This document shows positions 36,536-50,283 of a stretch of 64,000 nt of DNA, piece after piece. Both the position numbers and the translations under genes were made by a program. The DNA is from Octopus bimaculoides (taxonomy: Eukaryota), in NCBI RefSeq assembly GCF_001194135.2, contig NC_068983.1:129649468-129713467 (forward strand). Direction: 5' to 3'. The notes beneath the pieces are model-generated. The model was not told the origin of the DNA and made no database searches. It was given only the letters and a program-made list of their open reading frames with translations. Position 1 is the stretch's first letter. Each line of letters begins with the position of its first letter.

Positions 36536-39321
36536 ATTTATGAGAAGAGTTTAAGTCCCTTAGGCTTTTGCGCTCTGTTCGATATTCCAGATGATCTCGT
36601 CAGTTGTCACTTTACTTGAGAAACATGACAGAACATTAAAAGAAAACTGTTCCCTGCGAAGTAATAATAATATTCACTGGTTAGAAATGTGAAACACAGG
36701 AAGTGAAATACACTTTTATTGATACTAAAACCACGATAGGTGGGGAGATAAACGTATCAAGCGTCGTTATTACTAGTTATAGTAGTTTTGGAGAAGAGAA
36801 GAGAAATTGCTGTCGTCTGCTTCGATTCAACTTGCTTGTACAATGGAAACATCAATCACAAATAGAACAACGATTAAAATATTTAAAAAATGAATAAAAA
36901 CACTGCAGCAATATGAACAACGCAAACGAGAAGAGCAATAAAATCTTCCCAATAGTAGCCCTTCTATTATTTGCCACAGCACAAAAACAAAACAGAATAA
37001 TAAATGTGAGCTCATTTCCAAATGTATTTGAACAAATATGTGCAAAACATTTTCTTCAAAATCTGTTCAGCGAAATGACAGCGTGAGTTTTAAAAAAGAA
37101 TTATGCTCATGCCACTAGAAGAGAAGGAATTAATTGAATGAGCCATAATACAAAGTGGTATATGCACAATTTAACAACATCACAAGATATTGAATTTTGG
37201 GAAGAAAGATGGTGTTGGCTGTGGTATATAAGGAGAGAAAGAAATTAATATTGAATGCCGGTATCTCTATGATTCAATGATTAAACTATATAAAAATAAA
37301 CATCATTACGTCCTAATTAGAGAACCTACACTTCTGAAAACGTATGTTGCTATGATGTTAACTTAAAGTCGAGAAACATGAAGATTACGCAAAGTTTACA
37401 TTTTTAATGTGCATCAAGGATTACGTGTATATATATTATATTACAATGTTATTCGGAGGAAAGTGTAAAACAGTTACAATACTACAGCGAAACAGTAAAG
37501 TTTGTCATAGTTCTCAAATATTTCTATAAATGCTTACTGTTTATGCCTCTTCATTATTAATTTACACAATTTCAAATCAGTGCCACCTTCTTTTTATTGT
37601 GCGTTACCTTTATAAATTGATTACAGTTTGGCATTATTATATGCGTAAATCTCCGAGTATTTTGATCTTCATTTGATAAATACTATGCATTTTCAGGTAT
37701 TATTTGGTATGTCATAGAGAAATATACATTTGCATTTGTTTTCATTAAGTATCTGAGACACCTGTCCAAGTATGATTGTTATTTTCATGTTACGTCTTAT
37801 CTGTGCGAGAGATGTCCGTTGGGAATTAGAAAGATTTGTCAAACTAATGGCGACTTTTATTCTAATTTGCGGTTATTCACCATGCTTATGGTTCGAGTTT
37901 ACTTACTTCCTCGCATTCCCTTTCAATCCTATTTTCAAATGTGTTGCTAGCTATTCTGAAGTAGTTGAATGATTTAAATTGTCATCACATGCATTGATGC
38001 ATGCATTGGTGCCCTATAAGCCTCGTGAAAGTTTGGTATTAGCAATCAAATTGTTGTATATGTTATATAACTCTAAATTAAAAAAAAAACAATTAGATAA
38101 AAAATACTCTTCTGTTTGACCGTTTAACGGATTGGTAATAATGATGTAATTTATTTTGAATGAACTGATTTTTACGATGATTGTGATCACTGATATTAGG
38201 GATAAAAATCAACAGGTACGTATTTTGTTTTCGATCGTTCAACATCTACGTATTTTGTTACTGATTGTCGCTTATAGTCGCTTATAATTTCATTCTTGGT
38301 AAAATGTGTGTAAATTTCTACTCCTATCACTTTTCAATTAACAAGAAATTTGTAACAAATATACACTGTAAGATATAATCTTAAACACGTCACATTGAGG
38401 TTTCATGTATGGTGAAAGTTTCTGACGCGTACTCGGTATTCATATTGGCTGTGGTTCAATAAACAGTCAGCTTAAATAAACTGTTCTATTGTTCACAGCG
38501 CAGTTGGTGTATTCGAACGATAAGAGTAATACTGGGAGTATTCTTGAACGGAAAATGTCTAATCATCCACAAAATATTCCAAAATGCAGCTTGTCTTGTA
38601 AACAGGCAAGGAAAAAAATTGTGGATTTTCTCAATGCATACAATTTTTATACGAGCATTGAATTTTCCATACCTGCAGCACCATTTCCATATGAGCAGTA
38701 AAATTTCGATGCCAGCTGTACAATTATCAAACGGCTTGCAAATTTAGCGGCAAGTATCTTAATTTCAGTAAAATATAGATTGTGCAATTTATTATATGAT
38801 GGCAAACAAGTAAATATTATCGGAGTAGTTCCTCAGAGCGAAAAGTCTAATTCTATACCTCATTTAGTGATATAGGTCAAGTGAAAATTCTTGGAAAACT
38901 ACCCTTATCACATTATTAAGTTTTAGAATAGGCATTTGAGCAACATAATAGAAAAGGTGGTGCCCCGAATTATATTCAATTATACTGAGTTTGGTGTTGC
39001 AGCAAATACAATGAGTAACGTTATATTATAGACACGTTGAGTATAATTTTCTGAGAGAAAAGATGGAAATAGAGGGTGATGACATGATAAATCGCTATCA
39101 TATATATACTATGGAACAATGAGTTTGGTGAATGCTTAAGGCCTTTTATCAAATTCAATATGTATACCAAAACAGATGTTTCTGGACTGATTTTCGAAAA
39201 TGAACTAGAAATTCTAGTTGTTGTAGACTACATTTGAATATGTTATTCTCTTTTGTATAATGCTGTTAAGAAAACCTGAATCGTACGTAGTGAGACACAG
39301 ACACACACACGCATATATATG

Positions 39322-39352
<31 letters not shown>

Positions 39353-39639
39353 GCATGTAGATATATATATATNNNNNNNNNNNNNNNNNNNNNNNNNNNN
39401 NNNNNNNNNNNNNNNNNNNNNNNNNNNNNNNNNNNNNNNNNNNNNNNNNNNNNNNNNNNNNNNNNNNNNNNNNNNNNNNNNNNNNNNNNNNNNNNNNNNN
39501 NNNNNNNNNNNNNNNNNNNNNNNNNNNNNNNNNNNNNNNNNNNNNNNNNNNNNNNNNNNNNNNNNNNNNNNNNNNNNNNNNNNNNNNNNNNNNNNNNNNN
39601 NNNNNNNNNNNNNNNNNNNNNNNNNNNNNNNNNNNNNNN

Positions 39640-39682
<43 letters not shown>

Positions 39683-39967
39683 ATGTATATGCATACATGT
39701 ATACCAGTAGCTTCTGTAACTATTTAAAATTGTCAATTATTATTCATAGAACAAAGTTAACCTATCACAAAAATATTCATTTTAAATCTCCAGGCAAATA
39801 TGAGAACTTTATTACGTTGGATACACTAATTTAAGCAAAACGGAATAAGGTGCGTTTATGAATATGTATATATGACTATCTATTTATTTATCTATATAAC
39901 TGTCTATATATACATAACTCTCTCCATGTATGTAACTACCTAATTATATCCCCCACTTTCTGTTTAT

Positions 39968-40021
<54 letters not shown>

Positions 40022-40905
40022 ACACGCACACACACACATACACACACACATATATATATATATACTACATATGTGCGCAATTCTGTCTGTGGGTGTGTTT
40101 GTGGAGTCGTTAGGTAATTTATCCTAATCGTTTTATTAATTGTGAATAAACTTGACACGTGAGTAGAATTCATGCATGGAAACCTCATGGCATACTCAGA
40201 TAGTAGAATAAATCGATTGTAGGGCCCTGGAAGGGATCTTTGTATAGAGCCAAGGGAAGTAAGCCATTCGTATTCCTAAATCGTTTGGAAAAAATGAAAT
40301 TGAATATGCATATTCTTTAGTATTTGAACTGTTATAATTATTTTTCCAATTTATCCCGTAGAACGCTTAAACAAGTAAGTTGTATTTTCCTAAAAAAAAT
40401 AGATCCACATATTTCGGTTAGTGACTTATTCACGAATATACAAACACAAGCGCCTGTGAGGGTAATATTTTCTGGGAAGGCAGAAAACGCTTTTCAGAGT
40501 TATTTAGTTTGAATTGTTATCATCTCATATCTACTTAGACTGTTATTAAGCAACATGCTTCACTACCTTAATATACATCCCTTCTTAGTATTTCCACTTA
40601 TGTTCTATATAATCTGGGAAGGCATTAAGCCCTTTTAGGGGCTACATTTTTGAATTCTTACTATCGGGTAACTAATTTCATGTTATTACGTAACTGACTT
40701 CACAATTTCGGTATTCAAAACTTATTTGGAAATTCCTAAAATCAAACTCCAGTGTTAGAGAGTTCGGTATTCTCTGTAAATGTACAAAAACCGTTTTAAG
40801 GGCTATATACTTCGTATTTCTGTTACTGGATAAGCGAAACGCTTATGAAAACGGAACCAAGCGATAAGCCCCATTTTCCCGGGAATTACAGGGTACATCA
40901 ACTAG

Positions 40906-40938
<33 letters not shown>

Positions 40939-41084
40939 ATCTGTCTGTGTGCCTGTCTGTCGGTCTGTCTGTGTGCGCGCGTGTGTGCGAGTGCGTGTGT
41001 ATATATTGATAGAAAAGACAACAAAAGAAAGAACGAGAGCTCGACATTATGTAAATAGAGGAATGTATCTGCAAAAAATGTGAC

Positions 41085-41129
<45 letters not shown>

Positions 41130-41872
41130 TATATTTCTATATCCATGTACCTATAAACTAAAAAAATTAATATATATATATATATATACAACCATACAGA
41201 AAATAGATGCAGTCGGTTATTTCGAAATATATATGTGTGTAATTCTGTATATAGATATACGTCTATCTGTTGGTTTGTGCGACTGTCATGATGGCCGATC
41301 GTTTGCTTTGTTAATTATTTATGAATATACTTAAATGAAAACAAAATCCATGATCTCTTATTTGTTTCTATTATACTATTCAATATGATATCATTAAGTG
41401 TATATCATTTGCAAATGTTAACCTGTTACAACGCTTCCTACGATATCGATTTTTTCTGGAACAATAATAGAATGTACTCTTTTAGCTATCACTAACAGCG
41501 TGGAGAGAAATTTTATGATATAGAAATCTTTAGGGAACTCAGCTGGCATCAATGCTGGATTTTATTTTAATTGCAGAACTCTCAGAAGGTTAGAGAATCA
41601 GCCTTTGTGGAAAACTTATTTCCAGAAAATAAAAGTTTCTTCTGAGATTAGGATAGGTTTATGGAAGAAACTATTTCATTGCAAAACAACATATCAAGGG
41701 AAGACATAGGAAAAAAATCACGGAACATGCTTCTTAGAGAGCATTTTGTCTCAATACTCGGTGCAATGCGATACTTATTCTATATAGAAGCGTCTACCTA
41801 GTGTACGCAATGTGCGCATATTTAAAGGCGAGTGCTCATATATACGTGTGTGTGTGTGCGTATACACATGTA

Positions 41873-41909
<37 letters not shown>

Positions 41910-42009
41910 GTATGTATGTATATATATAAATATAAATATATATATATATGCCTAGGTATGTATAGATGTATATATTTATTTAAATGCAGCAAAAATATAA
42001 CAAAAGCTG

Positions 42010-43804
42010 TTACTCAGAGTTTCACGTACCTGTTCGTCGGAGAGTCTTGTTAAAATGGTACGAAATAACGCTATAATGAAAACTAGTTAAATGAAACACC
42101 TTCAAAAATGAATTTGTTTCATTGGTCGTTTCAATTAACGGTCTTAAGCATGCAATGAAGAAAATAAATGAATTCAATATAAATCCATCCTATTGCTAAA
42201 TAGAAGAAAACCTTAAGCCGATGAGTAGATTCAAAATACATATTGTAAATAATTATATACGAAATGTAATTCAATTAATACATTAAAATTATAATTAGAG
42301 TTTTCACGCTGCATTACATAAATATTTCAGAACAGTATATACCCATAGAAGACCATCTATAATATACATATATGCATCGAAATACACAGATGCATGCACA
42401 TAGGTACATACATATACATGTATATACATGTAAGACATAAATATACGCACAAATGCATGCCTTAAAGTTAGGGAGGGGGAAAGAAAAAAATAAGAACCAA
42501 AACGTAACAGCTAGCGAAAGAGAGAAAAGGAACGCATTGTTTAAGAACGCTATCAATGTAACGATCAGGGAGAAAAATGATAATTTGCGTAAGGAAATAG
42601 AAAGAACGAGGGACAGAATATGTGTAACAATCGTACACATAAAATAAAATTACATATATATATACATAATTATATATTAGCATATAAATACTCATACAAG
42701 ATCACGTATATAAGTATATGGAAATATGCGCGTAAATACGTATCCACACAAATATAAATGTATATATGCATACGCAAACATATACGTATACATCCATGTA
42801 CCTATGTGTACAAGTAGAAGCATACACGCTTACTTACAAATATACACGGACGCACACATAAAAATGCATATGCATACATACAATACGGACATCTCCATAA
42901 AAACATTTCTAGGTACTAGCGTATATATACAAATATTTTTTTTTAATTGCTGAATGTATGATAATAAAAATCGGATAAAAGTCATGCAAAATAAAACACC
43001 AAATATTGTATTATCTACAAATTAAACGATTAAATGAGTTTGTAAAATACAATAACATGAAAAAAAAAATCTTTAAAAGTGCAAATAATATATATATATA
43101 ACAGTCGAAGGAAAATGTCTGGAGAAAGGAATCGTGTACAACTCCAAAGTGTAAATATTAGGCTCACGTGAGCATAAAATCTACACAGGGGCTTCTGAAA
43201 ATTCTTTCAAGACCCGAATTTATCCTCATACAAATTCCTTCCGATACCCCGAAAATACGACAAAGACCAGCCTGGCAAAATATGTCTAGGAATTAAAAGA
43301 AAATGAAACCCGGCCTTTCAACGTGACATGGATAATTTTAGATGAAGCATCACGTAACAGGCATGGTGCGCATAACATTCCCATCAAGTATTATTTATGT
43401 CTTTTGGAAAAAATTCATTATTTTATTCCCGAACAATTGCGCTTTGAATCAGAGGCGCGAACACTTCAATTCCTGCAGAACGCAACAAAAGTAATAATGT
43501 CAGCTGACAAAATTACATATGGATAGTATATATTTTGGAATCTTGAACTTTTCAATCCTACTGTTGGATTTGTATTTTGCAATGCATGATTTACATCGCG
43601 TCGTAAAGATATTGTATATATTTCGACATATTTCTTAAGAAAGCCTTCGACTGTTATACTGAATTCATTTATTGTGTTCATTGCATGCTTAAGACCGTTA
43701 ATTGAAAGAATGAGTGAAACAAATCCATTTTTAAAGGTGTATCTTTTAACTAGTTTTCATTATATCGTTATATCCGATGAAAGGGAACTTGATGCGCTGA
43801 GTAA
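42010..43804. repeat. Inverted PLE-type terminal-repeat pair enclosing a GIY-YIG remnant; left arm split by a ~0.92-kb insertion
   Basis: 42061-42181 is the reverse complement of ~43655-43772 (close to 90% by eye). 43097-43111 is the exact reverse complement of 43644-43658. 42010-42041 matches 43773-43804 after a ~20-bp indel. Confidence 0.88.
43100..43440 (+). mobile_element. Penelope-like GIY-YIG endonuclease remnant
   Basis: EGKCLEKGIVYNSKV*..KIYTGASENSFKTRIYPHTNSFRY..TSLAKYV*ELKE..FNVTWIILDEA..YLCLLEKIHY, the PLE pattern C(L)..IY..YxG..FKxR..H..SF..TxL...W.LK..W.IL..CLxEK. Confidence 0.85.
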
Positions 43805-44383
43805 AATATTTTCTTATATTTCTGCTGTTTTTAAATAAAGCATATTACTCTACCTCTGGTATTCGAGAACTCTTTTTCCACCTTCTTTCACATTCATGTG
43901 CTTNNNNNNNNNNNNNNNNNNNNNNNNNNNNNNNNNNNNNNNNNNNNNNNNNNNNNNNNNNNNNNNNNNNNNNNNNNNNNNNNNNNNNNNNNNNNNNNNN
44001 NNNNNNNNNNNNNNNNNNNNNNNNNNNNNNNNNNNNNNNNNNNNNNNNNNNNNNNNNNNNNNNNNNNNNNNNNNNNNNNNNNNNNNNNNNNNNNNNNNNN
44101 NNNNNNNNNNNNNNNNNNNNNNNNNNNNNNNNNNNNNNNNNNNNNNNNNNNNNNNNNNNNNNNNNNNNNNNNNNNNNNNNNNNNNNNNNTCATAATGTCT
44201 TACGTTTAAGATGATTCCTATGCTTTCCCTGATGAGAAGGTTACAATTTTAATATCAAAGATCCCTATGGATCACACAGGTTGTAATCCTTTGAAACATA
44301 TGTAGGAATAAAGTATGCAATTATAACATGCGTTTTCTCCAATCCTTAAATTCTTATATATGTATATATATGTATATGTGTGT

Positions 44384-44417
<34 letters not shown>

Positions 44418-44609
44418 CTGTGTGTGTGTGTGTGTATGTAAGTTGAGAGGTATACATACATTCAGGAACATTGTGTTCTCTAGGACTAATCTATATTTTG
44501 CATTTGCGGCTCCGTCTGTGTCAAATGAGCCCTGCTCTTGACAAACATACACGACTGCAAACGATGCAGGACAGTCTTTCCCCATTTACTACACCAATGA
44601 AATGTGGAT

Positions 44610-44699
44610 TGTTAGGCATGTGGATCCTACTTTAGCTTCAGGCTGACTTAACCCTTGTCAGTGGAATTGGTAGACGAAACCTAAAAGTTTCTCGTTATT

Positions 44700-44700
<1 letters not shown>
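44610..44700 (+). mobile_element. Decayed SINE 5'/core segment preceding an (AT)n tract
   Basis: ccttgtcagtggaattggtagacgaaacc resembles, from memory, the central part of the octopus SINE whose 3' halves are at 4113 and 15425. There is no second in-window copy to confirm it. Confidence 0.45.
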
Positions 44701-44730
<30 letters not shown>

Positions 44731-46457
44731 NNNNNNNNNNNNNNNNNNNNNNNNNNNNNNNNNNNNNNNNNNNNNNNNNNNNNNNNNNNNNNNNNNNNNN
44801 NNNNNNNNNNNNNNNNNNNNNNNNNNNNNNNNNNNNNNNNNNNNNNNNNNNNNNNNNNNNNNNNNNNNNNNNNNNNNNNNNNNNNNNNNNNNNNNNNNNN
44901 NNNNNGTGTGTCTGTGCACGTGTGTGTGTGCGTGTGTGCATGTGTGTGTATGTATGTATTTATGTATAGAAAAATAATATTTGTTCCCTGTTACTACAGT
45001 AACTACTGAGTTATCAACCGTGATCATGTCATATTGATGGTGTTGCATAAAAGCACGCACACAGATAGTTTCAGACGAGAAGCGTTGATCACTCGCGCTA
45101 GAATCGGCATATCATGTGCTTTCGGTTTCCTGGAATTCACCACTGGGATGCGCATGTCACTGCATTCCAATAAAATCACGCTGCTACGATTGTTAGACTA
45201 TCGGTATCCATTCAAACACTCATAACGCAAATTGGCTACAGGCTTATAAATTATTAGCGACGGAGGATGTAGTAATACCGAAAGATAATCTCTATATACA
45301 CATTAATATTGATAAATTGATAGATCATTCAGCACTGTGTTATACACCGTTAAATTGTTATATAAAGGCCCTTCCTTGGTGCATATAAGTGCACACAAAA
45401 CGTATCAGACGAAACGTGTCTCATCTGCGCCGTAATTTTATGTATTTGCGAATTTTAGATTAGTTACAACACATTTGTAATATATTTCATCTTCTAAAAG
45501 TAAATTCATTGATTTTACCGCAGAAAATATCCCCTATTATGGTAAAAATGTGTAAAAAGTTAAGTTCATATCTGCACGCTGCTGTTCCGAAATCCGGTTC
45601 CGAGACGGAGTGTTTCTAGCTGTTTAGCCGTTATCAACGGGAAATATCGATATGACGTGATTCTGAACAGATTTCAAGCGGTAAACTTAGCTAACAATTT
45701 CAAATAACGTTGGCTTAGTTGCGTTATCTGACTGCATGCTGGGAAGGAATCAGCAGCATGGGCATTACCTAGTCATTAGGCAGGAGTGAACTTAGTTGAA
45801 ATATGAGTGTGATATATTACGTTCTAAATTCAAATTCACTACATTTACCGCGTAGTGAAGTTCGCTATCATGATAGAAAGGTGTGAACATACATTATCTG
45901 CCCTGTAACACCTACTGTGGAATTCGCAGCTCTTGAGCTGTTATTGCTATGCATGTATGTATGTATGTATGGATGGATGGATGGATGGATGAATGTATGT
46001 ATGTATGTATGTATGTATATATGTATGTATGTATGAGTGCGAGTGTATGTATATATTCACACTTATATTTATATACAAATGCTGGGTTTTCTGGGCATGC
46101 TTGTATATGAATACATATGATAACATATATTAACGCTGTAGAAAAATGAATGTGTATGTATGCATGAGTGTTCTTACGTTTATATGATGATGTAAAATTG
46201 AGGAACGAAATACAAGCAATTTGCACTGCTATGTATTGTTATGCAAATTGCAAGATATTTCATCCTCATACACCATTTGAGTAAAAAATAATAACTGAAT
46301 TTAGTAATATATTGCCAAATTTCAACAGTATTTTAACATACGTCTGCTTATTGTAAAGCTTATAAATTTGAATGTCAAAAGTTTAATAAAAAATATATGC
46401 GATGTCTGCTTCATTCTAGTACTTAGAATTGGTTCATATATATGAGACAAAATGTTG

Positions 46458-46504
<47 letters not shown>

Positions 46505-49500
46505 NNNNNNNNNNNNNNNNNNNNNNNNNNNNNNNNNNNNNNNNNNNNNNNNNNNNNNNNNNNNNNNNNNNNNNNNNNNNNNNNNNNNNNNNNNNNNNNN
46601 NNNNNNNNNNNNNNNNNNNNNNNNNNNNNNNNNNNNNNNNNNNNNNNNNNNNNNNNNNNNNNNNNNNNNNNNNNNNNNNNNNNNNNNNNNNNNNNNNNNN
46701 NNNNNNNNNNNNNNNNNNNNNNNNNNNNNNNNNNNNNNNNNNNNNNNNNNNNNNNNNNNNNNNNNNNNNNNNNNNNNNNNNNNNNNNNNNNNNNNNNNNN
46801 NNNNNNNNNNNNNNNNNNNNNNNNNNNNNNNNNNNNNNNNNNNNNNNNNNNNNNNNNNNNNNNNNNNNNNNNNNNNNNNNNNNNNNNNNNNNNNNNNNNN
46901 NNNNNNNNNNNNNNNNNNNNNNNNNNNNNNNNNNNNNNNNNNNNNNNNNNNNNNNNNNNNNNNNNNNNNNNNNNNNNNNNNNNNNNNNNNNNNNNNNNNN
47001 NNNNNNNNNNNNNNNNNNNNNNNNNNNNNNNNNNNNNNNNNNNNNNNNNNNNNNNNNNNNNNNNNNNNNNNNNNNNNNNNNNNNNNNNNNNNNNNNNNNN
47101 NNNNNNNNNNNNNNNNNNNNNNNNNNNNNNNNNNNNNNNNNNNNNNNNNNNNNNNNNNNNNNNNNNNNNNNNNNNNNNNNNNNNNNNNNNNNNNNNNNNN
47201 NNNNNNNNNNNNNNNNNNNNNNNNNNNNNNNNNNNNNNNNNNNNNNNNNNNNNNNNNNNNNNNNNNNNNNNNNNNNNNNNNNNNNNNNNNNNNNNNNNNN
47301 NNNNNNNNNNNNNNNNNNNNNNNNNNNNNNNNNNNNNNNNNNNNNNNNNNNNNNNGCTGGTAATTGCATAAACAAGCCTGTGAATACATATAAGTATATA
47401 GAAACAAATGAGCAATTGAGAAAATTAGCAAATTGGCAAAAAAATAAATGGGTGTGCAGGAACTAGTACCCAAAATAAATATATATATATATTTTTTTAA
47501 TCAGTTGGACATATTAATATAATTTTACTCAGATACTCGAATACAGCAAGAAGACTGTATTTACATCATAGCTTTTATTAGATTTTTGCCCCTTTAACTA
47601 GTACGTAACTTCTTGATTTGGGATCTTCCCCTACCCGGTCTCCTTTATAGGCAGTTACTTTATACTAAACTTGATATACTTAACTATTTGCTGTCAACGC
47701 CCTCCTGCCCTCCATTGTAAACAGACAGAGTCGTAGAGTCGTAGGTTTAGTAGTTGAAAAAAAGGCTAATAAATATAAAATGAACCACAATCCCTTAGCA
47801 ACTATGACCCAAACAAACGTGATACAGTTCTTAGAAGTGTATTATATTCTTAGCAACATTAGTGGCAACATGGACTTTTTCAGTCTTGTTGCTGTATGGG
47901 AGCATTTGCGTAAAATTATGTTTGTGTCCAACTGATTAAAAATTCTATTTATGTTTTTATGCAGCTGACAATACCCGTGCATTTAAATTGAGGTAATTAT
48001 TGCATAGTTCAATTAAATAGAGTTGCTTGAAACGATCGTACAACATCACCTTTTGATATCCTGTTGTTTATTTAGATTTGATTAACCTTACTTTGAGTTC
48101 TTCGGATAATAACGCTCTGATTTGGTGCTTCAAATTAAGTAACTCATTCAACTGAATCTCAATTATATATATATATATATATATATATATCTTCTGTACA
48201 GTTGTAATATGTAAATAAATGTTATTATAAATAAGAAGGCTCTATAATACTAATTTCTATCAAAAATGATACCGAAGGATTTTCAATTGAATGATTTACG
48301 ATTGTATATTATTTCTAATTCATTCAAAAACGTGTTCATAGATAACTTTCCAAAATCCTCGAACCTTTTAGGAAGAGGGCTGATGCGGAAACATTCTAAT
48401 TTCGTGAGTTATTGCATTTGAGAAAGGTTCTTTGGAGAAGAGTAAATCTTAATGTAAGTTATATATAATGAAACTATATTTATGCACTGATTACTGATAA
48501 TAATTTTCGTAAATATTCTGTTTCTTCTATATATCCGACTAGATGTAATGATACGACCTGCTGCACAGAATCTTCGTTTCAATATGGAACTGACATTAGT
48601 ACATGTCCTTTCCTTGAATTGTATTTGTATTTCGTAAAATTTTACATGGATAATGTTATTGATCATATATCTATGTGTATATATATANNNNNNNNNNNNN
48701 NNNNNNNNNNNNNNNNNNNNNNNNNNNNNNNNNNNNNNNNNNNNNNNNNNNNNNNNNNNNNNNNNNNNNNNNNNNNNNNNNNNNNNNNNNNNNNNNNNNN
48801 NNNNNNNNNNNNNNNNNNNNNNNNNNNNNNNNNNNNNNNNNNNNNNNNNNNNNNNNNNNNNNNNNNNNNNNNNNNNNNNNNNNNNNNNNNNNNNNNNNNN
48901 NNNNNNNNNNNNNNNNNNNNNNNNNNNNNNNNNNNNNNNNNNNNNNNNNNNNNNNNNNNNNNNNNNNNNNNNNNNNNNNNNNNNNNNNNNNNNNNNNNNN
49001 NNNNNNNNNNNNNNNNNNNNNNNNNNNNNNNNNNNNNNNNNNNNNNNNNNNNNNNNNNNNNNNNNNNNNNNNNNNNNNNNNNNNNNNNNNNNNNNNNNNN
49101 NNNNNNNNNNNNNNNNNNNNNNNNNNNNNNNNNNNNNNNNNNNNNNNNNNNNNNNNNNNNNNNNNTATATATATACCAGAGTATTATGTTTTTGAAACAT
49201 TTACGTTAAATCCACCAACCGTGTGAGATTGCTTATAGGGTGTTTTGCCCTTTAAGATATGACTGCATGATGTGGTGGATATTAAAACATATAAACACAT
49301 TTTATAGAAATTGATGAATTATTAATTAGATATTTAATTATGACCAATGCAAATTTAAATGCTATTTGACTGATATCGATATCTTCTTACTATTCATACA
49401 ATGATATTAAACTCTAAATTAAAATAGTTTCATTGTTATATATTTATCTTCTGCCTGCATATGATACTAATATCAACATAATATATGTATGTGTGTGTGT

Positions 49501-49543
49501 GTGATTGGGTGTGTGTGTACATGTATTTGCGTTTGTTTGTGTG

Positions 49544-49580
<37 letters not shown>

Positions 49581-50283
49581 GTATAACTCTAGGTAATTAT
49601 ACGCTAAGAGGAAAAGCTCTAAGTGGTTTACTTGCATAGCTGAAAAAAGATGTCAGATGTTCATACCACGAAAAATATTTTCTCATACTTTGCACGTTGG
49701 GTGTAAGCGGGCAACATAATGTGAAGAAAATTTAGGGGACCAGTTATTTCTATATCTTGAAGTTTTACCTTTGATAGTTAAACAATTATAAGTGGATCTT
49801 CAGTAGAAACTGCCGTATATGTATACTTACAAATCTCAAATACATATCCCAAAAGAACACACGTGAAAATCGAGTTCTATCGTTATACACCATGAATTCA
49901 GTTCCAATGTCTTCATACAACGCGCCAGGTGAAGATGGTGAACGTGACTGGCTAGTGAAGAGGAACTGCTATGTTCTTCATATTTAAATGAGTTTAAATG
50001 TGCAGAATATCGTTGTCTAAAATTAGCGATTGATCCCTTATAGTAGCTATTGAAGTTATTTAATATGTTGTGGACTGTACGTTGGTATACGTTCGCATTA
50101 ATCTCTGGATATTTACACTATTAAAGCTATAAGCATACAGGGATTGTACTTAACGACTTATGGACTAACAACTACATTATCGGAAATTTAAACGGTGATT
50201 TTTTTCTCCATTTCTTGTATATCCCTTTTTGCACATCCTCTATGTCATCGGTTCCTTAATCTATACCCTTCGCATTTTCCCTA

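Noticed and set aside
36560-36610. Minus-strand CTGACGA-GAT..ATC-GAAC hammerhead-like string
   Set aside because: The second box is GAAC, and no stem III or stem I complementarity follows.
37772-37972. ORF with a GPCR TM6/TM7-like look (FILICGYSP..NPIF)
   Set aside because: The spacing between the P and NP motifs is about half that of real GPCRs, and there are no other TM segments.
42218-42250. CCGATGA followed by AAAATAC..GTA
   Set aside because: No stem II pairing and no GAAA box.
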